Below are positions 9,970 to 19,295 of a stretch of DNA of 64,000 nt, piece after piece. Position 1 is the first letter of the stretch. Every line of letters begins with the position of its first letter. This DNA comes from an uncultured Candidatus Saccharibacteria bacterium. Its GTDB lineage: Bacteria; Patescibacteriota; Minisyncoccia; Phycocordibacterales; G965230995. Where the stretch lies: contig OZ246398.1 in assembly GCA_965230995.1 (NCBI GenBank), positions 211,768 through 275,767 of the forward strand, given 5' to 3'. The position numbers and the translations under genes were made by a program. The notes under the pieces were generated by a model. The model had not been told where the DNA came from. It made no database searches and saw nothing but the letters and a program-made list of their open reading frames with translations.

Positions 9970-10674
9970 ATGCTGTACGTATTTTATGGAAGTGACCAAA
10001 AGACATCAGGAAAAAAGGTGTCTGCCACAATAGAAAAGCTAAAGGAAAAAAGACCTAATGCTAATTTTTTTCGTATTGAATCAAAAGAAATACAACCGGG
10101 GAGATTAACCGAACTTTCAAAGAGTGTTGGTCTTTTTGAAAACAAACACATCGTCTTTCTTTCTTTTCCACTTGAAATAGAAGAAAAAAAAGAAATATTT
10201 TTGGCTTCAGTAGAAGAAATGCAGGATTCAGAAAGTGTTTTCATTGTTCTCGAGGGGGAGATCGATAAAAAAATCGTGACTTTGCTTGAAAAAAGTTCTG
10301 AAAAAATATTAGAAAGCCAAGCCGGCAAGGAAAAAGGAGATAAAAATTTTGCTTTTGGAGATGCTTTGGTCGGAAAGGATAAAAAAAATAGCTGGCTATT
10401 ATTTAGAGATATGGTTGATCACGGAGCTTCTGCCGAAGAATTACAAGCAATGATTTGGTGGAATTATAAAACCCTAAAAATAGCTAAAGATACAGAAAAC
10501 GCCAAAGAATCTGGCCTACATCCATTTGTTTTTCAAAAGATGAAAAGGGCAAGTAGTAAATTTACAGAAAAAGAAATATCAGAAAAACTGCAAACTTTAG
10601 TTGATATTTATTACAAAGGACATTCTGGCGATAAAGATATGATACTTTTGCTCGAGAAAATGATTTTGTCGTAA
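9970..10674 (+). CDS. holA: DNA polymerase III delta subunit-like protein
   Basis: MLYVFYG N-terminus, GLF motif, GLHPFV C-terminal motif; start at ATG 9970. Confidence 0.7.
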   Translation: MLYVFYGSDQKTSGKKVSATIEKLKEKRPNANFFRIESKEIQPGRLTELSKSVGLFENKHIVFLSFPLEIEEKKEIFLASVEEMQDSESVFIVLEGEIDKKIVTLLEKSSEKILESQAGKEKGDKNFAFGDALVGKDKKNSWLLFRDMVDHGASAEELQAMIWWNYKTLKIAKDTENAKESGLHPFVFQKMKRASSKFTEKEISEKLQTLVDIYYKGHSGDKDMILLLEKMILS

Positions 10675-10767
10675 GTCTTTCTTTTTGTTTTTCAATATGG
10701 TATAAAGTTTAACTGTAATATGTTTATAACCAAGCAGGGTAGAGGATAACAATAAACATAAAAATAT

Positions 10768-10840
10768 GCGCCCATAGCTCAGTCGGTAGAGCAGTTGCCT
10801 TTTAAGCAAACGGTCGTAGGTTCGATTCCTACTGGGCGCA
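10768..10840 (+). tRNA. tRNA-Lys(TTT)
   Basis: Cloverleaf GCGCCCA...TGGGCGC-A, anticodon loop CT-TTT-AA, GGTTCGATTCC. Confidence 0.95.
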
Positions 10841-11194
10841 CAAAATTAAAAGCCGAAAGGCTTTTTAATTTTGTGCGCCCAAGCAAGTCCGGGGGACTTG
10901 CGTGTAGGAATCGAAGCCCGATTGAGTATAATTACGAGTCCGTTTAGGACGAAGTAATTATCCAATCGGGGTACTGACCCTGTAAGGGTCGATTCCTCCT
11001 CTGCGCACATCGCAACAATAGAAAAACACCTCTGATTTTCAAGGTGTTTTTCTTTTGCGATGTGCGAGCCGGACTGAAGCGGAGCGGAGGGAGGCGGGGT
11101 CGCGACTTCGTCTTGAGTTCACGAAAGACGAAAGTTGTGACCACAAAATTAATAACAAAAGGTACACTGTCCATGTAATGGAAGATTCCTACTG
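10841..11194. repeat. tRNA-anchored palindromic element (two units) at tRNA-Lys
   Basis: Antisense copy of the tRNA 3' end, 35-nt core identical to the tRNA-Val element, direct copies of the tRNA 3' end at 10989-11009 and 11184-11194. Confidence 0.85.
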
Positions 11195-11394
11195 CTGAAC
11201 TTTTTTAAGTGACCCCGTAAGGCTCGATTCCTTTTTTGACTTTTAATAAAAAATATTGCAACATTATACCGTCATCGGTTTTTAAAGCTGTTGACCTCGG
11301 TGGTATTGTGCCACTGAGAACTGTACCTTTGAGGTGTTTTATGGCTTTGCTTTGTGATGAAACTGGGAAAGACATTCGTTTTGGAGGTGTTCTC

Positions 11395-11670
11395 ATGGCA
11401 GCTAAGCGCCGTGAGGAAACCACCTACTACGCACTGAGTGGCGAGGCGATCAATCGAATTCCGGTGTCCGAACGGCGCAATACCCCATGCCGTAAGGGGG
11501 AGTTGGGCGTGGACATCTATGAAGCAAGTTCCTCCTGCGGCTACAACGGAAGCTATACCCTGAGCGACTTTACTATGGGGGAGTTCAGCTTCTCCATCTC
11601 GAGACAGGTCGCCCAGAAGTACTTGCCGAATCACTACTCGCACTACCCGCCGGCTCAACGCAGGTCGTGA
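11395..11670 (+). CDS. Hypothetical GC-rich small protein
   Basis: GGAGGT Shine-Dalgarno before ATG 11395; downstream hairpin. Confidence 0.55.
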   Translation: MAAKRREETTYYALSGEAINRIPVSERRNTPCRKGELGVDIYEASSSCGYNGSYTLSDFTMGEFSFSISRQVAQKYLPNHYSHYPPAQRRS

Positions 11671-11777
11671 ACAGAGCTCGTGTGATCATCATCGAACCCC
11701 TCGCAGACTCACAATCTGTTAGGGGCTCTTTCTTTACCATCCTTGCTACTTTCTTCTCATTTTTATAGGATAACTTA

Positions 11778-12158
11778 ATGGAAAAAACTAAAGGGGAAAA
11801 TGGACGTGTTATTGCTTTTGATTTTGACGGCGTAATTGCAAGATATGAAGGCTTTGTTTCTGGTGAGCATACAAACGAACCAATAGAAGAAGTTAGAGAG
11901 GCGATAAGACTATTAAAAGAAAATAATTATCGCATACTGATACATTCAACTAGGGGAGATGAGGTTGTTAGAAAGTATTGTGTTGAACACTCGATACCTT
12001 TTGATTTTATAAACAGAAGGGATGATAAATTTGGCGATAATCCAGGAAAACCAATAGCTTTTGTTTATGTTGATGATCGAGCGATTTGTTATCGAGGTCA
12101 AAAAGCCAGCGAATTAGTAAAAGAGATAGAAAACTTTAAGGCACATTGGGAGAAATAA
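11778..12158 (+). CDS. HAD-superfamily hydrolase
   Basis: IAFDFDG, HSTR, K and YVDDR motifs. Confidence 0.8.
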   Translation: MEKTKGENGRVIAFDFDGVIARYEGFVSGEHTNEPIEEVREAIRLLKENNYRILIHSTRGDEVVRKYCVEHSIPFDFINRRDDKFGDNPGKPIAFVYVDDRAICYRGQKASELVKEIENFKAHWEK

Positions 12159-12159
12159 A

Positions 12160-12636
12160 ATGTCTAAAAAAGAAATAATTCTGGTTCTGCACGATATTCG
12201 TAGCGCCCAAAATGTTGGGGCGATATTTCGTACTGCTGACGGGGTGGGGGTCTCTAGGATTATTATTTCAGGATATACTCCAGCACCGGTTGACCGCTTT
12301 GGACGGGAGAGAAAAGATATTTCAAAAACTGCACTTGGAGCCGAGAAAACTATTCCTTTTAAAGTTGTAAAAAATATTACAAACGAAATTAAAAAATTCA
12401 AAAACGAAGGTTTTGAAATAGTTTGTCTAGAACAATCAGAGGAAAGTATAGATTACAAAAAATATAAGCCAAAAAACAAAGTGGTTTTTATTGTCGGTAA
12501 TGAAGTCCTCGGTGTTTCAAAAAATATTTTAGAGAAAAGTGACAAGATAATCGAAATACCAATGCGAGGACAAAAAGAATCTCTAAATGTTTCCGTCGCA
12601 ACGGGAGTTGCTCTGTTTAGGATATTTGATTTTTAA
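12160..12636 (+). CDS. TrmH/SpoU family RNA methyltransferase
   Basis: NVGAIFRTA, GNE, IPMRG...ESLNVSVA. Confidence 0.92.
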   Translation: MSKKEIILVLHDIRSAQNVGAIFRTADGVGVSRIIISGYTPAPVDRFGRERKDISKTALGAEKTIPFKVVKNITNEIKKFKNEGFEIVCLEQSEESIDYKKYKPKNKVVFIVGNEVLGVSKNILEKSDKIIEIPMRGQKESLNVSVATGVALFRIFDF

Positions 12637-13538
12637 TATCCGTAAGAATAGGTATCGACCACTTTTCCATTTTTGTCGAACATATCTAATGTGTCTTTGC
12701 TGATTCTCCAGAGCGGTTGTGAACTTCTGAGGAAAATCCTCCATTCATTTTTGTAAAAATCGTCGTCATTTTTGTGTTTAGAAACACAAGTAGGGTAGTT
12801 TACTTTTTGATTTATATATTCAGTACATTGACTGCTAAAATTTGGAATTGATTCAATTTGTACTTCGCATCTATTCATATCGTCGATAAAATCAAAACAC
12901 TTTTCATTATCGAGAGAATATGGAATACCCTCGACATCGTCGATAGGGTAAGGGCAGTATTCTGTAATGTAGGGTTTAAAATCATAGAATTGATTGTGAT
13001 AACCGCTGCAAATGTTTGCTCGGAAAGATTCCCCAATCGGAGATGTTCCTGTGTTTATATAAATATATTGGCTTTTTGAAACTTCTATATTAGATATGTA
13101 TGAATTATTGTTAGGTAAATATAGGTTTGAGCCTTTTGGTATCGTAATAGTATTTCCCGTCAAACGGCTTTTGATAGTCCAGCCCGTAATGTCTATTGGA
13201 GTGTCTATGTCGTAGGATGATCTGAGGGTTAAATATTCGTTATCTATATTTCTGTTTGATGGCGTGTAAACACCAGCGATTGTAACCATTTCAAAATATG
13301 GTGATCTCGTTTCTTTTTCTTTTGTTTCTCTGATTTCTTCTTCGAGCTCGGTGACTCTTTCTTTTGTTTCTTTTATCTTTTGTTCAATTTCTGTCTTTGT
13401 AAGAGGTTCGGTTTTTTCCGTTGTTTGTTTTGATTTGTTTGAATTTTGCTCGCCAGTTAGGGGAAAGTCAGTTCCAAAGAAAACTCCTATCATAAGGACA
13501 ATCATAAGAACTATAAAAAACCCTGTGTTGTCTTTCAT
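12633..13538 (-). CDS. Membrane-anchored Cys-rich protein, lamin-tail-like domain
   Basis: N-terminal TM, coiled coil, NEYLTL...IDITGWTI motif, several Cys. Confidence 0.6.
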   Translation of the reverse strand: MKDNTGFFIVLMIVLMIGVFFGTDFPLTGEQNSNKSKQTTEKTEPLTKTEIEQKIKETKERVTELEEEIRETKEKETRSPYFEMVTIAGVYTPSNRNIDNEYLTLRSSYDIDTPIDITGWTIKSRLTGNTITIPKGSNLYLPNNNSYISNIEVSKSQYIYINTGTSPIGESFRANICSGYHNQFYDFKPYITEYCPYPIDDVEGIPYSLDNEKCFDFIDDMNRCEVQIESIPNFSSQCTEYINQKVNYPTCVSKHKNDDDFYKNEWRIFLRSSQPLWRISKDTLDMFDKNGKVVDTYSYGY

Positions 13539-14443
13539 TATCTTTGATGTTTATCACAATAATGAGCACTGCGTCCGCCCAAAACCGTTCTTTGTATTAT
13601 ACCCCCACATCCATTTTTTGGACACTTTTCTCCGCGTCTACCATACGCTTTGTGAAAGTTTTGGAAACCACCTTTTTCTCCAAAGGCATTTCTATAATCA
13701 GAAAGAGAATCACCTCCCATACCAATAGAACGAACTAATATTTTTCTTGTATGTTTAAAAATATTTTTCCATTCAGTATCTGTAACGTCTATTGTTTTTC
13801 GAAAAGGGGATACGCCGGCTTCAAAAAGTATTTCATCTGAATATATGTTTCCGATGCCCGACACAAGTGTCTGGTCGAGTAATGCTTGTTTCATCGGGAG
13901 ATTGGCTCTCTTTTGTATAAAGTCTCGCATTTCTTTCCATGTGTTTATGTCTGAAAGAGGGTCGGGACCGAGCTTGGCCAAATCTTTGTGGTCTTTGTGA
14001 TTGCCGATAAATAAAGTCACTGTTGCAAATTTTCTAGCATCAGAAAGCACGAGAGTCTTTCCTGATTTTAATATAAAAGCAGTGTGAACAAATCTATTAT
14101 ATGGATCGGCAAGGGGGCTGTTCTTGTCTTTTGGTGTCCAGCGATTTTCTTTTTTATGAAATATATAATCACCAACCATAAGATGGCCGGTCATTTTCAT
14201 GTGAACAATAATGTGAGTTTTCTTTTCCAGATGAATGACAATATATTTTGCCATTCTAGAAACACTGGTGATTTTTTTACCTCTGATTTCTTTTTTGAAG
14301 TGTGCAAAAAATTCCGGATCCTTTATATGTTCCTTGTTTTTGTAAAATGGGGAATTGAGGTCAGTCCAAACGTCAGTAATGGTTTCACCTATGAGAGTCC
14401 TCAAACCCCTTACGGTTGTTTCTACTTCTGGTAATTCTGGCAT
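13538..14443 (-). CDS. mutM: Formamidopyrimidine-DNA glycosylase
   Basis: MPELPEVET, HMKMTG, GIGNIY, C-terminal zinc finger. Confidence 0.95.
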   Translation of the reverse strand: MPELPEVETTVRGLRTLIGETITDVWTDLNSPFYKNKEHIKDPEFFAHFKKEIRGKKITSVSRMAKYIVIHLEKKTHIIVHMKMTGHLMVGDYIFHKKENRWTPKDKNSPLADPYNRFVHTAFILKSGKTLVLSDARKFATVTLFIGNHKDHKDLAKLGPDPLSDINTWKEMRDFIQKRANLPMKQALLDQTLVSGIGNIYSDEILFEAGVSPFRKTIDVTDTEWKNIFKHTRKILVRSIGMGGDSLSDYRNAFGEKGGFQNFHKAYGRRGEKCPKNGCGGIIQRTVLGGRSAHYCDKHQR

Positions 14444-14503
14444 ATTTTGATGCTAGCAAAAAAGGCCAGATAAAGCCATTGTGATTTTGTTTAGTATAAA
14501 TAG

Positions 14504-14532
14504 TTGACATAGCCTAGATAAAGGCGTATAAT
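14504..14532 (+). promoter_or_regulatory. Consensus sigma70 promoter
   Basis: TTGACA-17-TATAAT. Confidence 0.75.
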
Positions 14533-14595
14533 ATATAGAGATAGTCAAAAGCACCTTTAAATAAGGATTTGCGAAAAATCTCAAACACAGATCAA

Positions 14596-14653
14596 GTAGC
14601 CACAGCTTTTTGTGTCTAATGTCCAAAATATGGACACAAAAAGCTGTGGCTAC
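14596..14653. repeat. Perfect 21-bp inverted repeat in the leader of the 14716 gene
   Basis: gtagccacagctttttgtgtc ... gacacaaaaagctgtggctac. Confidence 0.85.
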
Positions 14654-14715
14654 CATGTCGGTAGGCCAAGCGTAACATGCTATCCACAAGATAGCGCAAC
14701 ATAGGGGTAACCCTT

Positions 14716-15339
14716 ATGAGCACCGCAACGTTGGCGCAGGGAAAGCATCTGCTGGAACTCGCAGCACAGAATGGCTTGTCTTTCGAGGGGCACAACAGTC
14801 TCACTCAGAAAGGTCTTTTGGCCGATTTGTTCGAGGCTGCAGGTAATGGGAATCTCAACACTGTCAACCGGGATGAGTTTCGGAAGATCCTTGGTCTCGC
14901 GCCCCTCGCTATGGAAATGGTTTTGGACTACAGCCAGACGCTCGAGCAGATGATCGCCACCTGGCATTTTGACGGGTGGAATCGCGCCGTCACAATCGAG
15001 CGGTTTCCGATGCTCGGGACGGGCAAGGTTACACTTAAGCCCGAGCTCATACACTTCGACCACTGTATGTCCATCGAAGATGCGGGGGATACTATGGTAA
15101 AGCGCAAGCTCCGTCCTCCAACCCTCGCGGAACTTCTTGCTTTCGGGGCGAAGTATCCCGAACTGCAACGTAAGTTTCCGATCGTCGCGCTCGGTCAGTG
15201 TGCCAGGATCGGTGACTCTCTGTGCTTTCCGTTCCTCGACGGTACCGACGGTAGGCGCTGGCTCGATCTGGGTTGTTGCGAGGAAGGCTGTCAAAAATAC
15301 TGCCGTTTCCTCGGCGTTCGCAGTCTGAGTTCATTCTGA
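14716..15339 (+). CDS. GC-rich hypothetical protein, probable C-type-lectin/FGE-like fold
   Basis: LRPPTLAELL motif and C-terminal RxLxL...RFLGVR pattern. Confidence 0.6.
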   Translation: MSTATLAQGKHLLELAAQNGLSFEGHNSLTQKGLLADLFEAAGNGNLNTVNRDEFRKILGLAPLAMEMVLDYSQTLEQMIATWHFDGWNRAVTIERFPMLGTGKVTLKPELIHFDHCMSIEDAGDTMVKRKLRPPTLAELLAFGAKYPELQRKFPIVALGQCARIGDSLCFPFLDGTDGRRWLDLGCCEEGCQKYCRFLGVRSLSSF

Positions 15340-15436
15340 TCTGGAAGCGAGAATCAGTCCTTCGCATACAACTAACCAAACGCTTGGGAGAATAGCGTTA
15401 AACTCCACCTCGTGCAATTTGTCCCTCGGACACTTT

Positions 15437-15490
15437 GACCCTTCAGTACACCTTGCTCGGCAAGCTCTGTACCGAAGGGTCGATTTTTTA
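15437..15490 (+). terminator. Long hairpin plus T-run downstream of the 14716 gene
   Basis: gacccttc...gaagggtc followed by a T tract. Confidence 0.5.
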
Positions 15491-15544
15491 TATAAAAAGA
15501 CTGAGTATAATTTTGTAATTAGTAATGCAATTAGTGTTCTTGGG

Positions 15545-16831
15545 TTATTTCAAAACCTTCTCCAATTCTTCTCTCACCACGGTTGCATCATCCCAAGGTT
15601 CTTTGCTTCCGTTTGGACCCATAATATATGGGTCGGTGCCTTTTCCAGTAATAATCACAACATCGTTTTCTTTTGCATATTTTAGAGCTGTATTTATTGC
15701 TTCTCTTCGGTCCAAGATTATTTCATAAGGAGTTATCTCTATTCCTTTTGCCATTTGTTCCAATATTTCTTTTGGATCCTCGTCGTAAGGGTCTTCGTTG
15801 GTTAGAATTATTTTTGAACAAAAAGTGTCGGCAATTTTTCCCATTTCTGGTCTTTTCCAAACATCTCGCCCTCCACCCGTGTTACCTAAAATACATATTT
15901 TATTATCGTGTTCGTATGCACCGTAAATTGCTTCGAGAGAGCTCGGAGTGTGGGCATAGTCTACAATCACGGTAAACTTTTGTTTTTTTTCGAGAGGATT
16001 ATTTGATTCCAGTGTTATTTTCTCTCCTCGTCCTCTGATTAGATTTAAACCCGATACTCCTTTTCTAATATTTTCGAGAGACACACCGAAAGCCTGCGCC
16101 ATTTTTGCACAAGCTAAAATATTTAGGATATTAAATTTTCCAGGAAGTTTTGTTTGAATCAATGTCTTTTCTAAAAAGAAAGCAGAGCCGTCATTTTGTA
16201 ATTTTATGTCTGTGGCGTCAGAAATAGAGAAGGGGATTTTTGTTTTGATATTCAAAGCCAAAAAGTCTTTCCCGTGTTTGTCGTCTTCGTTTGCAACGAG
16301 AACCTTTTTTTGTTTGCTTGATCTGGCTAGGCTTTTTGCGATTGATAATTTTGCATTTAAATAATTTTCAAAACCTCCGTGAGATTCTATGTGTTCAGGT
16401 GATATATTGAGAAAAATCAAACCATTTAGGAAAGTAAAAAAATGTCGGAATTGTCTTGCTCCTTCGGATGTTATTTCTAATATTGCAATATCACATTTTG
16501 CATTAACAGAATCACGCAAAAACTTTTGTACAAAAAATCTTCCTGGTAGTGTCATTTTGTACATATTGCGAACACTTTTTTCTCCGATTTTTATACGAAG
16601 AGTTCCGGCGAGGGAAGTCTTTAAACCTTGCGCCTCGAACATTGCGTTTAATATTTCAGCAGAGCTGGTTTTTCCTTTTGTGCCTGTTATACCGATTACG
16701 GTGATATGTTTTCCGGGAAATCTGTAAACTATTGCCCCGATTAAAGCAAGTAGAAAATGATAGATCGGTCTTATGGAATCAACTATATTTTTTGGAACAA
16801 GTTTTTTTATGTTTCGAAGTATTCCTTCCAT
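15545..16831 (-). CDS. murE: UDP-MurNAc-tripeptide synthetase
   Basis: GITGTKGKT, DYAHTP, EDPYDEDP, GKG. Confidence 0.9.
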   Translation of the reverse strand: MEGILRNIKKLVPKNIVDSIRPIYHFLLALIGAIVYRFPGKHITVIGITGTKGKTSSAEILNAMFEAQGLKTSLAGTLRIKIGEKSVRNMYKMTLPGRFFVQKFLRDSVNAKCDIAILEITSEGARQFRHFFTFLNGLIFLNISPEHIESHGGFENYLNAKLSIAKSLARSSKQKKVLVANEDDKHGKDFLALNIKTKIPFSISDATDIKLQNDGSAFFLEKTLIQTKLPGKFNILNILACAKMAQAFGVSLENIRKGVSGLNLIRGRGEKITLESNNPLEKKQKFTVIVDYAHTPSSLEAIYGAYEHDNKICILGNTGGGRDVWKRPEMGKIADTFCSKIILTNEDPYDEDPKEILEQMAKGIEITPYEIILDRREAINTALKYAKENDVVIITGKGTDPYIMGPNGSKEPWDDATVVREELEKVLK

Positions 16832-16832
16832 G

Positions 16833-17408
16833 TTATTTTCCTAAAAATTTTAAAGCGTATTTTATCTTTTCTTCTGTTCTTTCAATATCTTTTGGCATAT
16901 TTTTTAGTGCGTCCCTTGCGTCTTTTTGTGTATATCCGAGAGAAATAAGCGCATCAATTGCATCGAGTCCCTTTGATTCTTTCCTTGCTTGTGCAATTTC
17001 TGATTCTATCGCCGATATTTTTCCAGACAGACCAGATACAATTTTTTCTGCGTTCTTTCTTCCGATCCCGGATATTTTTGTGAGGTGTTCAGGGTCTTCT
17101 GAAATTATTGCTGTTTTTATAATCTCAGGAGATGCGACTTCGAGTATTCCAAGCGCAGACTTTGGCCCTATACCTGGAAGGGTAATCAAAAGTTCAAAAT
17201 ATTCCAATTCATTTAATGTCGGGAAACCATAAAGGTCGAGAGCATCGTCTTTTACGGCAAGGTGGGTAAATAGGGAAATGGGGGCGTCTTTCGGGTGTTT
17301 TAATTTGGTCGCAGTAGTGACAAAAACCTTGTAACCAATGTTATTCGTTAAAACAACTATGTATTTGGGAGCAATGTGTATAACCGAGCCTTCTATATAT
17401 GAAATCAT
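16833..17408 (-). CDS. ruvA: Holliday junction DNA-binding protein RuvA
   Basis: MISYIEG, LYGF, PGIGPKSA, GIGRKNA; start at ATG 17408. Confidence 0.95.
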   Translation of the reverse strand: MISYIEGSVIHIAPKYIVVLTNNIGYKVFVTTATKLKHPKDAPISLFTHLAVKDDALDLYGFPTLNELEYFELLITLPGIGPKSALGILEVASPEIIKTAIISEDPEHLTKISGIGRKNAEKIVSGLSGKISAIESEIAQARKESKGLDAIDALISLGYTQKDARDALKNMPKDIERTEEKIKYALKFLGK

Positions 17409-17497
17409 AAGGTTATCATATCTCAATTTTGCTTTGTGATAAAGAAAGGCCAGACTCTTTACTTTTTCTTCGTTATTGTGTACTATTTCCCGCACAT

Positions 17498-17767
17498 ATG
17501 GCAATCATAAAATCAGCTAAAAAGAACATCCGAAAGTCGGCAAAAAACCGAGTTTTCAATTTGCGAAGATCAAGAGAAATCGAGAAAGTTGAGAAAGAAA
17601 TTTCAAAACTAGTTTCTGCAGGAAAAACAAAAGAGGCAAGAGAACTTTTGCCAAAGGCACAAAAAGCCCTCGACAAAGCAGCAAAGAAGGGGACAATAAA
17701 AGCCAATACTGCTTCAAGAAAAATCTCTCGACTATCTGCATTCGTTAAAAAAGCTTCAGTAAAATAA
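17498..17767 (+). CDS. rpsT: 30S ribosomal protein S20
   Basis: MAIIKSAKK...KALDKAAKKG...NTASRKISRL. Confidence 0.95.
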   Translation: MAIIKSAKKNIRKSAKNRVFNLRRSREIEKVEKEISKLVSAGKTKEARELLPKAQKALDKAAKKGTIKANTASRKISRLSAFVKKASVK

Positions 17768-17773
17768 ATTTTA

Positions 17774-17805
17774 AACAAAAACTCCGCGCAAGCGGAGTTT
17801 TTGTT
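17774..17805. terminator. Bidirectional terminator
   Basis: aacaaaaactccgc-gcaa-gcggagtttttgtt. Confidence 0.85.
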
Positions 17806-17810
17806 AAAAA

Positions 17811-18593
17811 TCAATTTTTATCAAGCGCAGATATTATTCTTTTATTTGGTATCCAGCCAGCTTTTATCCATGCTTGGACAAATTTTCTAAATATTTCGGG
17901 ATGACCTCTGTGTCTATTTGCTAGATTTTCGAGTAATACTTGAGCTTTTCTACCGTTTACAAAATCAGTTATGTCCACTCCCGCTTTCTTCCAGTTTCTT
18001 ACAAGGTCTAAAAACATATCTGGATTTTCTCTGCCATATACATCGATATATATTTCTGTCACCAAAAATTCTAGAAAACTCCTAATTTTTAGTGTGTTAA
18101 TAGTATTCTCTACGTTCAAACCAAACATTTTCCATTCTTTTACGAATGCCATGAACATTTCTGGTCCGTTATGTGGGGGTGCTGTTATGACTACAATTGA
18201 AATGGCCTCTTTTTCAAAAAGAGCCTGGACTTCTTTTGAATATACTAGCACATCTATTTCCTTTTCTCCTACGCCTTTAGCTTTAGCTTCGCTTAAATAT
18301 TTTTTTAAGTCGTTTAGACTACGCGGTACTTCTTTTTTCGATTCACGTTTTTGTGTGTCGGTCTCCTTATCTAAAATTTTTTTCCAAGCAATGTTTATTC
18401 TTTTAGAAATTTCTAAGGCATGGGGATTCCTATTGGTATCGGGATGAAATACTTTTTGCAGTTCTCTCCATGCAAGTTTAACTTCTTCAATATTTGCAGT
18501 ATTTGATATTCCTAAAACCTCGTACGGGTCGTCGCTGTAAAAGTGCCTTAGTTCAGGTGTAATTTCATTTGGTTGTAAATTTTCCACGCTCAT
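17811..18593 (-). CDS. J-domain protein with C-terminal helical repeats
   Basis: DPYEVLG...FHPD...INIAW J-domain. Confidence 0.8.
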   Translation of the reverse strand: MSVENLQPNEITPELRHFYSDDPYEVLGISNTANIEEVKLAWRELQKVFHPDTNRNPHALEISKRINIAWKKILDKETDTQKRESKKEVPRSLNDLKKYLSEAKAKGVGEKEIDVLVYSKEVQALFEKEAISIVVITAPPHNGPEMFMAFVKEWKMFGLNVENTINTLKIRSFLEFLVTEIYIDVYGRENPDMFLDLVRNWKKAGVDITDFVNGRKAQVLLENLANRHRGHPEIFRKFVQAWIKAGWIPNKRIISALDKN

Positions 18594-18640
18594 ATTTTAT
18601 CACTAAATCTTAAAGTCTAAAAATAAGCGAATCTATTTTG

Positions 18641-18712
18641 TGTCCTCGCCAGGAATCGGACCTGGATCGCAAGTTCCGCAAACTCGCATTCTATCCATTG
18701 AACTACGAGGAC
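18641..18712 (-). tRNA. tRNA-Arg(GCG)
   Basis: GTCCTCG...CGAGGAC-A, anticodon arm CGAGT-TT-GCG-GA-ACTTG; T-loop TCCGATT. Confidence 0.9.
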
Positions 18713-18750
18713 AATGAAAACTTTAACAATAGAAAGCTATCACAAAAACT

Positions 18751-19236
18751 TTAAAAACCCAAGTATTCCAAAACTATTTGAATTAGAGATTCTTCGATTT
18801 TTTCTTGATCTAAATAGTAGCCGAGAAAGAATTGCACAATGTCAGGGTCAATGTCGTCTGCAAGAGGGATGACAATAAGATGCATAAAAAGTTTTTTTGA
18901 TTTTATGAGGACTCTCGGCACGCCGTATGTTGTCTCTATCCAAAAAGAATCGAGCGTGTCATAAGGATAGTGTTCGTTGTTTACATAAATACCTTTGTTG
19001 TCCATTGCGACTTTGAGTAATTCAGGATCGCGGTGTGAAGTAAAAAAAGTGATTATTGTTGCAAGCAAGATAACCACAGCAAAAGTGATATTTCCGAATA
19101 GGACAGAAGATACGATTATTGCAAGAGAAATTATCAAAACAACCCAATACCAGTCGCTACCTTTTTTGGTATGGTTATGTTCTAGTGCTTCGAAATAGAT
19201 AAAATCTTTACTTGTGATTTCTCTCAAAGGATCCAT
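18751..19236 (-). CDS. Conserved CPR membrane protein (DUF5673-like)
   Basis: Two TM helices after a DWYW motif, YPYDTLDSFW. Confidence 0.7.
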   Translation of the reverse strand: MDPLREITSKDFIYFEALEHNHTKKGSDWYWVVLIISLAIIVSSVLFGNITFAVVILLATIITFFTSHRDPELLKVAMDNKGIYVNNEHYPYDTLDSFWIETTYGVPRVLIKSKKLFMHLIVIPLADDIDPDIVQFFLGYYLDQEKIEESLIQIVLEYLGF

Positions 19237-19295
19237 TCAAAAATTATATCACACTAATTATTTTGTGTATGTGAATATAAAACCTAAACTGTTTT

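Noticed and set aside
10928-10962. GAGTCC-GTTTA-GGACGAA resembles hammerhead ribozyme stem II (also 26961-26995)
   Set aside because: The CUGAnGA core and GAAA are missing (TTACGAG and CGAAG instead), and the flanks pair with each other rather than forming stems I and III.
14680-15294. 204-aa minus-strand ORF
   Set aside because: Antisense to the 14716 gene, which has the promoter, SD-like site and terminator; GC-rich DNA has few stops.
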